Shown piece after piece: positions 52,401 to 64,000 of a DNA stretch of 64,000 nucleotides. Where the stretch lies: the NCBI GenBank assembly GCA_046563655.1, contig CM102284.1, forward strand, positions 6,696,001-6,760,000, written 5' to 3'. Both the position numbers and the translations under genes were made by a program. Every line of letters starts with the position of its first letter. The stretch's first letter is position 1. The stretch comes from Yuukianura sp. NJ FZ-2021. Its lineage: Eukaryota. The notes under the pieces are model-generated. The model was not told where the DNA came from. It worked only from the letters and a program-made list of their open reading frames with translations, and searched no databases.

Positions 52401-55400
52401 GTTGAAACATGCGAAATAGGCAGAGAGTGAAAGCGGAAATGAAATTTCGCACGGGTTTTCACATATTTCCGGTTCAAATTTTTCAGGAATTCAAATTCAC
52501 TAACTAAAGAAAGTTCGTTACCTGCTCCAGAAGCAGCGTATCGTGGAGGTTGGATTGACAGAGGATGAGCACGGTAGTCAATGGCCGAGGGCCTTTGACG
52601 TGGCATGGATCCATACCACTGCTGTTGGCTATCAGGCGGAAGGCTGCCAGTGGTTCGCCCGAGGCTAAGCCTATGGTCACTTCCAGTTCGTGGCATTCGA
52701 ACTTGTGACCGCGCTCCTTGGCGTACCGGTCGTGGCCCAGTGTAGAACGTATGAACTTTTTCGGCTAGAGATTCAAGTGTCTTCGGATACGCCCTAAAAA
52801 GCAGCCATATTTCAGAAAATGCCGCCATTTTTGAAATTCAAACGCCATATTTGAAATTCAGACGCTTGAATTTGTTGAAATATTGTCCCGAGGAGCAATT
52901 GTCAACCTCCGGACATTCAGACAAACGAAGTCAAATTTACCTGTCAAAAGACTGGAAATGTGCTGGCATGTTAATGGATCTTGGTTGTTCGGTGATGACG
53001 GGTGGAGGCGGTTGATATGAATTTGAAGGGCCAGGCGGTTCTCTGTCCATTTGCGGATGGTGGTAGCGGTCGCCATGGCTTCCAGCAGAACCATACCAGT
53101 CGTATTGTGCTGGAGAAGCATATGTCCCTTGACCTGTTGAAGGGCGCGGCGGAGGTTCAGGTCGGTTGGGATCAAAGTAGTCCGAGTATTGTGCTTTCCG
53201 AAGTTGAGATTGTGCTGCTCCGAGTCTTAAAAATTTTCAAATTTTTCAAAAAATTAGAATTAAAAAAATGAATAGGAGAAGGATAATAAATGAAAGGAAA
53301 CTGAAAATCATTGGAGCCCAAAACTAATTTTTGAACGTTAGAAATTCTGAAATTCTGCTGTAAAAATTGGTTGTTATTTTAGTTTTTTTGGGGAATCGTA
53401 CGAAACTGTTCCACAAAATTGTGGATCGATTAATTGGAAACCAATAGAAATTAGTGTTGTACAACTTCTGGAGTTCACTTTGACCTAGTCACGACACGGG
53501 TCAGTAGTAATGTGAAAATCCGTACCTAAATTCCTCTTGTCTTCCAATCCTGGGCGTGTAGTCCGTGACATCAGGCAACTGAGAATGGTTCATTTGAATT
53601 TGTGAAAAGTTGGCATAGTGTTGATATGCTGTTGGATAGCGTGGAAGAGACTGGATTGACGTTGGATGGATTGGGCCAACAGGACCATGACCCCCGTGGG
53701 GACCGTAAAGGCCGTGACCTTGAGCCCTCTCGCGGTGCATTTGCTGAGCATAGAGTCTCTGCCCTTGAGTCGTCATCATTCCAGCTCCACCGCCCTCTGC
53801 CGACATTCTCCCCCGGCCAATACCTAAGCAGAGTTACGGTCAAAAGTAGGAGTCGCGAATTCGAATTCGAAATCGAATATTCATCTCATTTTTGGAAAGA
53901 ATTTCCAATTTCAAGATCTCGAGTTAGAATTTGACCCAAAAAATAACGGCCAAATGTTGATTTCTACAGCAAATTTAAAATTTTCCTCTAAAATGAATTA
54001 TCGAGGCGTGCAATAGCACGGTAGTTAAAAATCGTTTGATTGCTATGCTATTTGGATTTTTGGTGTTCCGCTACAATTAAGCCTTCAAATTCGAACTTCG
54101 AATATTCGAGTCCTTGAATTCGAAATTCGAATTTAAAAATGCCTTCGAATTTGCGACCCATAGTCAAAAGTGAATTACTTTAAGCCTACCTGACCCCATG
54201 GAGTGAGACAATGAAAAACTATGGGGGCCGTGACCCATATGATTGTTTTCGTCCGTACTTTCTTCAAAGTTTTCCTCCTCCAGTTCTTTTTTGATGACGA
54301 CGACTGGTGGCGGTTTGGCAGAATCCGGACGGAGGAGTGACCCTGTCCCGGTTCGTTGGCCTTTCTGCTGCCTAATGGTGAGGACGAGTCTGCGCGGAAT
54401 GGACATGATGATGACGACATCGTCGAGGCTCATGCGCGTCACGTCAATGAGATTCACAGCCAGGATTTCATCACCGACTCCAAGACAGCCGCTGTTGAAC
54501 ACTGCACTTTCTATGGCTATCCGAGATATAAAAACGCCGTCGTAGCGGTCAAACCCATTGCCTTCGCGAATGTACAGGCCGAGCGTTTGCCCGGGGCGTT
54601 TAACTATCTCGACGAAATGCACCGTGTGAACGCCATCCTGAAATGCAGGTCAAAAGGTCAAGGTCAAATGTTTGACCTGCAGTTACTTCAAGCATACAAC
54701 GCAAATTGCAACACCATACCTGCATCGATACGAATCTTCGCACAAGATCTTGGCGTGACCTTGAAAACTGATTGCGAGGATCCAGCATCCGAACCAGCAT
54801 TTCACCGCGCCGTTCCACAGCATCCAGAGCTGCGGCGGTGGTTGCATCGTGATCATTCTCAACTGCTTCCAACTGCTTAAATACCTCGGACGATATGCCA
54901 CTAACCTGGTGAAAGCAAGAGATTTTCAAAGATGTCAATTTTCAAAATCTTGAAATCAATTTTGTCTTAGCTTTGAAATTTTGACAAACAAGAGACAGTA
55001 GAGCAAATATTTAATCAAAAACTTTCTCATTCTTGACGAGTTTCATTTTGCAAAAATGAAGAAAAGAATGTCAGTTTTTTTCACTCTAGACTTTCCAATT
55101 TTCTCTCCAATTTGGGTTTTGTTGAATTTTGAAGAAAAATGTAACATTTTTACTAGTAAACTAAACTTTCGGCTTTAGAAATGATTGATTGGGCTCAAAA
55201 AAAAAATTTCATTTTCTCGTTGCCAAAAATTTCGACATTCTCTTCCTTGTCATACATATTCCTCATTATGGTTTTTTGAAAACTGTTCCAACCACCGCCT
55301 CCTTTCACTTTGGGGAAAGCCCACCATTTCAACTTTCGGAATTTCCAAAATTGCTTATTTTCAAAATCTTTTTGAACAAGAACAAGCACAGGCTGACTAA

Positions 55401-58400
55401 AAATTATTTGAAAATAAGGAAATCGATCCATACATGATGTGTATGGTGAAATGTTGAAGGTGGGAGTAACTATTACCGTAGATTTCAAAATAATAGACCA
55501 CTTCCCTAGGAATAATTGCTTACTCTGCGTTACTATATACTGCCCTATGTGCATTACTCGGAATTTTACGGTATGCATAAAGAAACATTGGATTCCTATG
55601 AGAGTCCTTTCAGAAGAACCTTTAAGTTTTCCCCAGTTGCAGAGTGAACTGTATCGATTGATTCAGATTCAGAAGCGTACGGAGTATGTTATGTGGTAGT
55701 AGTTGAACACATATATCATTCTGAATAAATGCCCACCAACATCATATGTTGTGTGGAGGCCTTCAGTTCGCTTCCCACTCCAATGCTTTGCTTACAAAAA
55801 TATGAAATAACCACCCAAACACTCTTTCCATCCCAACCTGTCTCTCAAAATCCTTTAAAAGCTTTAGCACAAGCAAAACTAACTCTGACACTTTCTCCAC
55901 TTTTTTCCAAAAACATTTTTTATCCAAAGAATTTTTGGTTTAAAAGGTTTGTCATTATTGGTGAAAACAAAAAAGATCTTACAGATACTAAAACAGAAAT
56001 TTGGAAAAAAAATGAAAGAAATAAAGCAAACCAAAATTTTGATCTCGGCTTTCTCAACCTTTTAGGCTTCTTTGTTAAAAAATTCAAAAATTGGCAAGAG
56101 AAAGTTGTTAGAAAGTGAGTAAGTTAGTGAAGCGTGGGTTGGATCATTGTTAAGGTGATTGATTAGTTTAGTTAGGTTACTGACCTTGCGAAAGTCTTGT
56201 TGTAGTACCATAGGAGGCAACTCACGACCACGACCGACTCCTTGTAACTGCTGCTGATGCTGCGACTGTTGCAGATGCTGCTGCTGGAGTTGATGAGACT
56301 GATGCGGAAGTGTTGAAGCAATTTGACCAAACTGGAGTCTTCTTGGACTTGCGGCTGGCTCTGCGTGAGGTGGAATGTCCCTGCCTTGATCCTAAACATT
56401 TAAAAAAGGTCAGAGGTCAAGGACAAAACTTTACTGTAGTAAAAATAGGACTAAAGAAACATTAGTCACTTTTTAGTAGTTACTATGTTAGTGCAGTGCC
56501 GAAGATTTTGTAAGGCTAACTTCTATCATATTAATTTAGGAATTAAATTAATGAAAATATTTTAAATAATAATAAAGTGCGGGAATTTACAGGACAATTT
56601 ACTTTGCGGCCATTCTTTGAGCTCCCTCTAAATCTTGAGAAGAAACAGACGCCTTGTCCACACTGTGACTTGGGCACTTCGTAAGTCTCACACATTCATT
56701 CACACCTTAACAAAGAGTCTCTTGACCTTGACCGTGACCTTGACCTCCCCCTGAAGCTTCTCACAGCCCCCAAGTCACGAGCAGCACACCATTAACTTTA
56801 ATTTTAGGTGCTAAGAGCTATGCGGGTCACCAACACTTCATGTCAATTTGGTAATTACAAAAAAAAATTTAGTATTTCCAAATTTTTAAAACCCTCAAGC
56901 AGTTTTCAAAACTTTGAGCACGCATCTTCTACGTCGAGTGAAACTGGTGGCGTAATTGAATCTTCAAACATCACTTAACTCAATTACGGTGACTTTAAAA
57001 CAAATTTTGACCTCAAACTTAACTTAACTTTCACTTCCGAAATTTTGAATTTCAAAATTCTCCAACTTTTTCGTCAGTAGCCAAAGGCCATGGTGGTTTT
57101 AACTTTCACCAGTTCATGAATTAGCTTAACTTGGCCTAATCTGCTTAACTTATAGCTCGTTAGGTTTGAACAAAATCCTATTTTTTGGCAGGTTCGTGAC
57201 CGCCTTTGAACAACTTTCTTCGTATTTTTCTTGTAGAAAGAAGAAAAGCCGACTGGCTCTTTTTGGCTCCGGTTGCAACTGCCTAGGGTAGGAATCAAAC
57301 CAAGTTTGGAAGAACACAAAAAGTATTGAACCAGGGTGTAGACGACGACGCTGCTGCGCTTCAACCCTAACTTAAGGCCTATACTCTCTCAAAGTGCCAA
57401 GGGAAATTCTCACTTTCTAACATAGTTGAAAAGAGTACGAGTGCTTATACTTTGTGAGAGGAGCTGCGCCATGTAGCAACTTTCACTACTCGGCGCATGC
57501 TTCCCTCGCTTTCACTCGAGAAAGCGTCTCCAGTGCACTCCACCCTTAGCTCTTTAATACCGTAAATCTTCAAATAGTAAGCGCCGGTCTCTAGCAACCA
57601 TCCATCTCTATCCAGCTCAGACGATAATGCCGGCGGTAAAAGTTGAGATTTTGAATAAGCGCTTTGGTTTTAGTTGGAACTTTTACGGTAACGCTTCCTT
57701 CCTTTTGGATAGCTTTCTCATTTAAACTTTTGTCAAACTAAACCTTCCCATGGGTTTTTACACTTTCTCATCACTCCGATACTCCAGAAATGGTTCTAAG
57801 CAGAAGAGCACCATCAACGAAGACACTATCATCGTAATCAGTACAAAGTTTGGAACGTTTTTCAAAATTTTGAAACTTGAGGAAAATGAAATCCCAGAAA
57901 ATGAAAAGTGAAAGTAGTTCCCAGTAAGAGTAGTGCTGACTTTGTACTTTTTTAAACAGAAAGGACGAGAGTAGAAACGTAGTTTTGTGGTTGGGACCTT
58001 CACTTTCTCCCTGACGTCAAATTTTACGCAAACTTACACACATTTGGAAATTTGTGGAGTTAAAGTGGAAAGCAGAGTCAAGTCACACTTGGACTTGGAT
58101 TGTCTTTGTCAACTTTGAGTCTAATGCATTATGCATGCAACGATTCTCGGTAAACACAGACACACTAGGGACATTGATGGTTTTAATTAGGGCTTGGAAG
58201 CATCCGGGAAAACAACAAAAGTAAACATTTTCACAAAACAGTCAAAATTTTATGAGAAACGAATTCGAGAGTGAAAGCGACTTAGTTATTAGCTTAACTC
58301 TGTTTTTACTGTATAATAGTAGACAATTTTTGTTATAAGGTTGTCATAAGTTATCAATTTAGTTTTACTTTTGCAAAAGAAAGCAAGTGAAAGTCCTCAT

Positions 58401-61400
58401 AGGTTAAACGGAGCAGAGAAAAGCGGTTTCCTGATTCTTCAACTGTGAAAACGACTCTTTGGCCAACTCTGCATTGTGGTCATTCCATTGGTTAGACCAT
58501 TCTTCCTCAAGGGCAGTTCTGCTGCCAAACGTTGTGCTTGTCCCTAAACCTATGACCTGGCACAGAAACTACACTAATTTGGCGTTCTATCAAAACAAAT
58601 AACTTCCGAATCTCAAGAATTTCTGATCCAAAAAATCTTATCATATACCATCTCCGCAAACTTTTCCGCTGTGGATACAAAAATCATAAAAAAAAATGCG
58701 CACTACAACCAGACTTTCTGTTGATCGGAAAAGCTGATTCCCAAGAAAATCCTTCGTCATCGCCTTTTCAAATCCTTAGAATCAAATCAAACAAACAAAC
58801 CAAATTTCGCGGGAAAATATGACACACAATCACGCTCCTGCAAAAGCACACGCTAAAAATTGACTTTCACCAGCCAACAAGGTGCGCAATCCTGACATAA
58901 ACTCGTGAAACGTAAACTTACAATTACAGAAGACATTGTAAAATACAAACTAAAAACCTCATTCTTTTCTCCACTCCATCTCATAGGTCCTCACACAAAA
59001 CTTAAAGGAGGCCTCATTGGAGGGAGTGGAGAAAAGGATGAGGTTTTTAGTTTGTATTTTACAATGTCTTCTGTAGTTATGTTTTACTTCTTAAAATGTT
59101 TTGCTTTTGTTTGATCAAGTTAGCATGTCGAGGTCATCCACGCACCGTCAAGGTCACGTGGACATCGTTATGTTTAGGTGTGGCCTGGAGCGGATAAGGC
59201 TGGTTGAGCCTAATGAAGACGAATGTGGTAAAGAGATGGACGTGGATTTAAGACGTGAAAGTGAGAAGGTGCAGGCGAGAGGCTGAGTGAAAGGTGATCT
59301 TTGTCTTGATTTGAGAAACAAGGAGCCACGGAACATTGACGTGAACATGCTCTAACATAACGTGCGTCCATGGGCCACTGACAGCCACGCAACCATCCTT
59401 AACACACGGAGCCTCCTGTTCATAGTACTACCCGAATTCCCCGAATTCGGAGGGAGAGGAGACGAGAGGCATCAAATCCCGGGTTTGGAAAGTACAGCGG
59501 CACAAGAAGAAAAAAACTTCCGTCTTCGCCTGGATCAATACCACCAGTGGGCATTGCCAGGAAACGACACAAACTAGGAGCAGAGGACCCTTCGTTAAAC
59601 GCATGGAAGTCTACGAGGAATTAACAAATCTTTTATTTAAAGATACTTCAAGTAGAAAGTTTAATTTGTCCAATTTGGAACTCTTTGTTTTCTCTCCAGG
59701 GGTCAGAGGTCAACCGTTTCACATAAAAATTTAACAGGCGGAGCTTGAATTTAAAATTAAAGTCTCCAGTTGCTCATAATTTTTTCACCGAAACAGAAAA
59801 AAAGAGAAAGTTTTCGTTTTTTTTTCCAGCTCAACTTCGTAACTAGTTTTTAACAAACTTTGACAAGAAGTGTTATTTTAATTTTTTTATAATAAGTTTT
59901 GAAATGTAATAAGAAAGAATAAATATTATAATAGTAACAAATTTGTTAACTTATTGCAGAAAGTTGGAAGGAGGGAAGTGGAGTAGTGCAGCCTGAACAT
60001 GATTTTGTAATTTGAGAAACCATTTCCGCCCGGACGTTTCTCTCTCAGAGAAAGTTCCGGCGTCTGGAGGTCATTGCTCTTTTCTTGCAGGCGTAGTACG
60101 GTCCATAATGTGCTATACACTATGTGTAGTAGTAGTAACATGATAGTAGTAGTAACAAAAGTGCAGTAACCGCGTAGAGAAAGTTCAGCTTCGGTGAAAA
60201 CTCGCGCCAGCGCCGCGAGCCGTCGAAAAGTAAAAGTTCTTTTGGAGAAAGTGAAAATTTGAAGCAAGTTCGGCAGATGGAGTTCCGCTTCGAGTTTTCA
60301 AATTTTCAAACAGTGTGATACCCGGACTTGCGTTTTACAAAGTTTGTTACCTTGCTAACTTTCTGTTCGTTTTGTGGTGAAAATTAGGGAAGAAAGGAGA
60401 AAGTCGTTTAGTGGAAAAGTGTTCAAATGAAGTTCCGGTGCGACATTTCAACTGGAACCTTGCAACCTAGCCTAACTGAAGCCTTGTTCCCGTGCTAATG
60501 ACTCTCTTACAGAAAGAAGAAAGAAAGTCAGCTCCTCATCTCCCAGGGAATTAGACACTTTCCCATTTACTCCCTCGCTCTTTATGACTCTGCCTGCCTT
60601 TCATTAAGAACTTTCACCTTTCAAACGATAAGAAACTGCGCCCGTAATTCACGAGATTTTCCTCCTTCAAATTTTAGGTTTCCAAAAAAATACAAATGGA
60701 GTTTCATTTCATTCCGAGCAATTTCCACTTTCATCAAAGAGATTTCAAATATGAGTTGCTTAAATTAGCTCAAAGGAACATAAAAAATTTGAAAAAGAAC
60801 AAAAAGGAAAAGCCAGAACTTTTTTCAAAATGAACCTAGTTAAAATACTTTGTTTACATTTTGGTTTTAAAAAAGATCATTAGAGATGAGGAGCGTCTCA
60901 GAGCTAACCAAGAAAAACAGGCGTTGCTTTCTCCACAGGGAAACTTTTGTAAAACCAAAGGACTTAATTATAATGCCGCCCTCTTGCCTTAATTAAGGAC
61001 TTTCTCCAGAGAAAAGCCTTTTCAACACGCCCTAGCAGGATTTGAGCTGTCAGTTTCTGGAAGACGAAATTCTTTGAAGCTATTTTTCCAAAATGTTCAG
61101 CCCAACATTTTAATTCTTGGGAATTACATCGATTTTGGATTATAATTTTGAATTACAAAAGTCAAAGTTCAGCTAAAAGTTCAAACGTGGGTTCGGTGAA
61201 ATGTCAAAAGCCGACGTGCGATTCTACTCGTCATGAAGCAAAAGTTATGTTTAGTTAGGTGCTGTTTTCTGTTACGTAATAGTAATTATCGTTTAAGTAA
61301 AAGTTATGATCGGTGAAGTAAAAGTTATGCTCGGTTAAGTAAAAGTTATGTTCGGTTAAGTAAAAGTTACACTCACCTTTTGCCGACCACAGCACAACAT

Positions 61401-61739
61401 GGAATCCCCTTTCTTGAAACCAGGCAAAACAGAGTCTGTTCCTTGGAGCCGTCTTAGACGCTCTCTGCGACGTCGTAGTACAAGAAGATAGTTCCGTTTG
61501 ACCTTGCGACAGGCTGACCCACCCGGTGGGGAGGTGGGGCGGGGGAGGTCAAGGGAGAGATCAGAGGGGGCGGCTGACTGACGTTGGTGGGTTTGGTTGA
61601 GGTGGGTGTTGTTGTTGCGGTGGTGGGGCTGCTCCTGAGACCCACCACAGTTTTCGTCCAAAACAAAGTAGCACGGAATTCCACGCTCACTTCTGATTTT
61701 GGCGGTTTGTGGCAGAAGGTCCAAATCCAGAACAACCAT
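43497..61739 (-). CDS. RhoGAP100F: RhoGAP100F / Syd-1 ortholog (PDZ, C2 and RhoGAP domains; presynaptic active-zone organiser)
   Basis: Exons: 61377-61739 (or from Met 61400, MLCCGRQK), 56185-56391, 54720-54905, 54190-54637, 53526-53823, 52941-53225, 52522-52793, 48905-49291, 47925-48076, 47589-47702, 46218-47514, 45948-46108, 45528-45726, 43653 to about 45227 (acceptor uncertain), and 43497-43567. Motifs include QQDFRKVSGISSEVFKQLEAVENDHD, PDZ VEIVKRPGQTLGLYIREGNG, C2 DLYCVLECDRVHKART and GAP GLYRLCGS...KDYLRELPEPL. Confidence 0.95.
50340..50445. repeat. 21-bp minisatellite (TACTGGATGCTTGTGGAAGTA) x about 5, intronic
   Basis: Directly visible near-identical tandem copies. Confidence 0.95.
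52804..52865. repeat. Roughly 20-bp tandem repeat (CGCCATATTTGAAATTCAAA-like) x3, intronic
   Basis: gccatatttcagaaaat / gccgccatttttgaaattcaaa / cgccatatttgaaattcaga. Confidence 0.7.
53847..54162. mobile_element. hAT-like MITE with 8-bp TSD in a RhoGAP100F intron
   Basis: GTCAAAAG is duplicated at 53839-53846 and 54163-54170. Imperfect TIRs are TAGGAGTCGCGAATTCGAA versus reverse-complemented TATGGGTCGCAAATTCGAA. TTCGAA clusters occur subterminally at both ends. Confidence 0.8.
55474..55573. mobile_element. Short Tc1/mariner-pogo-like MITE remnant (TACCGTA...TACGGTA)
   Basis: Left end TACCGTAGATTTCAAAATAAT versus reverse-complemented right end TACCGTAAAATTCCGAGTAAT (16/21 by hand), with TA at both outer edges. 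Confidence 0.5.
57558..57690. mobile_element. Second TACCGTA...TACGGTA MITE remnant
   Basis: Left end TACCGTAAATCTTCAAATAGTAAGCGC versus reverse-complemented right end TACCGTAAAAGTTCCAACTAAAACCAAAGCGC. Confidence 0.55.
61295..61369. repeat. 21-bp minisatellite (AAGTAAAAGTTATGNTCGGTT) x about 3.5, next to the first RhoGAP100F splice donor
   Basis: Directly visible. It begins about 7 nt into the intron on the - strand. Confidence 0.9.
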
Positions 61740-64000
61740 CGATGCTGCATTTATGGAAGGCAACCTATTAGGAAATCACAAAAAAAAATCAAAATTTTGA
61801 AACCCTTTTTACAAAAAAAAATTCTAATTCATGTACGCACTGTGCGTTTAAATTGGCGAATTGAAAGCAAAAGTTTGGAGAAAGTGAAATGAAATTGTGA
61901 GTGAAGTTTAATTGACTCGTTCTGTTTTTCCATTGTCTTGTTAGCAGACGGGTAGGCAGCTAAATGGTCTTTTTAGATTAAGAATCGCTTAAAACAGAAC
62001 CAAAGTGTTCGTCTCTAGAGACACATTAGGAAGAAAGTTGAGGTTAGGTTAGAAAGTTCTCTCTTCCAGAACCAACTTGTGTCCAATGACCTCCCCAACA
62101 AATCTCCAGTCGTGGTCCAAAATGTAAACAACTCTACAACTTTCTCTTTACAAAATTTTTGGTTTTCAAAACCCGTCCTTTTCAAAATGTTCAAAATATA
62201 CAAAGATATGCTCCAAAGGCATTGGAATTCAGCACATGACAAAACGCCCAGAGGTGCTGAAAGTACACGGTCTAAGCTCCCAACTTGATAAGGGCTTGTG
62301 AAAGTTGACGTTTATGAAAAGCTTATGAGGATTTATCACTCGTTCCTTCTAGCTTTGAATACAAGTCCACTTTCTCCTTGTACCGGGAAAGTTATGATGA
62401 CATTTGCCTAGTCTAAGCCTAAAACCTCAAAATTGGAACCTAACCTGAAATCCAAATAGGTTAGGTTCCCTATGCAGAGTTGCGTGAATTCTGGAAGGTG
62501 AGGTAGGGAGCCTTTTATTGCTGTTCCATTATGCTTCCAGGAAGGCTTCAAGTCCTCTTTGGATATTCAGATCATGTCGAAGGATAGTCGTACTATCGAA
62601 GTGCAAATATTGGCGTTTCACAATGAGCATCTCCGTTCACCGTTTCCAAAAGAAGCTTTGGCTTCTGAAGTGGTTTTCAAAAAATAGCGGTTATGTAAAC
62701 TACATCTACAGCTTCTTTTCAGATATACAAAAGTGAAAAGTTACGCCAGGATTCTGAACTAAGAGTTGGATTTAGGTTAGAAATTTCGTTTTTGGAGAAA
62801 GTATTTTTCGAAAAATCCAAATTTGAATAATCAAGTAAAAAATATAACCAGAAATTTTGTTAACTCTGTTTCTTTTTTGCAGCAGTGCGTAAGTGTATAA
62901 AATATAAGTGAACGTGAGATGACTGCGATCAGGACAAAGTTCATATTTTACGTCACGTGTGTGCCTCGACTGTAAAAGTACGTTGGAACTTAGAAGAGAA
63001 AGCACATTGTAAGGAGTCAAAAGCATAAATCAAGGTGTCGCGCGTGAAAGTGGGAAGTGACCTGCGACTTTCTTTTTCTTCCAATTTCGAACAATGTCAA
63101 CGACATTCCTGAATTCAGAAGACCATGGAAGTGGAAAGTGAAAGGTGTGTGAGATCATGGGGAAGGAATTGGGCCTTGAAGAATTCAAAATTTTGAAAAA
63201 AGGATAAAAAAAAGTTCGAAAGCGGTGTAGGTTTAAGATCTTGCTTACTACGCACTATAACTCTGCTCCAAAGTATAGGAAATCACGCACTTTCACTTTC
63301 TTTCTTTTTTTTTTTGATAACTTTCTTTTTCTGAAATGACAAAGTGCTGCAAGATTCTACTGGAGTCTGGAGAAACTATGGACCCGGAGGGACGAATTAT
63401 TAAGGGAATTGACTGATTGAAAAATTTTGGAAACTAAACTTTGGAGGCAGTTCCCACTCTCTAAGGAACCGAACCCCCTTTTCATCAAACAAAGAGTTCA
63501 AATTAGAAAAGTTTTTCAAAAAACGAGGAGAAAAAACTTTGACAACTTGCTTTTGTGACAGGAAAGCTTCTTGAAAGCAAAAAAAGAACTTCCAAATCTA
63601 TCATTTCACAAAAAAGAGAAAGATGACAAGACAAAATTTGGCATTTTTCCCGAAAATTTATTCATTCCCGCTTTCTAAACAATTTTGAACAGGTACTACC
63701 ACATTCTTGTTCATTAAAAATCCAAATTTTGAAAAAAAAAATATTCAATCGTTTAAAAAAAGTGAAAGTGAAGAAATCTTCCGTCGATAATTTGGAAAAA
63801 ATGTGACTGAAATTTCTTTTCGATAATTTAGAGATGAGAAAGAAAGTTTTTTTTAGCAGAAACGAATGGCTGGACGCTTTAGGCTTTTGAACTGAAACTA
63901 AAAAGCGCAGAACTTAATTTATTTAAAATACTTTCTCTTCTTTTGCAAACACGAGCAAAAAAATTCATTTTTTGCTTGCTGTTTTTCCATTTTCTCCAGC

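Noticed and set aside
58905-60267. Short ORFs in the first RhoGAP100F intron as a nested gene
   Set aside because: No consistent splice chain or recognisable protein motif.

Overview
Eukaryotic genomic DNA, most likely from an arthropod with a compact genome and short introns. Positions 1-31473 are one satellite array of about 1,650 copies of a 19-bp unit (TTTTCCAATGGAAAATCTA). The unit has two dyad axes and matches its own reverse complement at 16 of 19 positions. The giant + strand ORFs over it are artefacts of a stop-free 19-mer. A short 17-bp tandem repeat caps the array. The gene-dense remainder holds: a tRNA-derived SINE with a 13-bp TSD; a two-exon secreted proline-rich gene (+); a multi-exon, Cys-rich, probably GPI-anchored gene (-, DUF7042/DUF7043-like); a syntaxin-7/12 gene (+) with a GC-AG intron; and a RhoGAP100F/Syd-1 gene (-, PDZ-C2-RhoGAP) with MITEs and minisatellites in its introns. 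The most notable observations are a tandemly duplicated 240-nt exon pair in the Cys-rich gene, with complementary intronic elements and a possible alternative terminal exon, and the self-complementary satellite with single-unit inversions. All gene models were built by hand from splice signals and recalled family motifs; no database searches were run.
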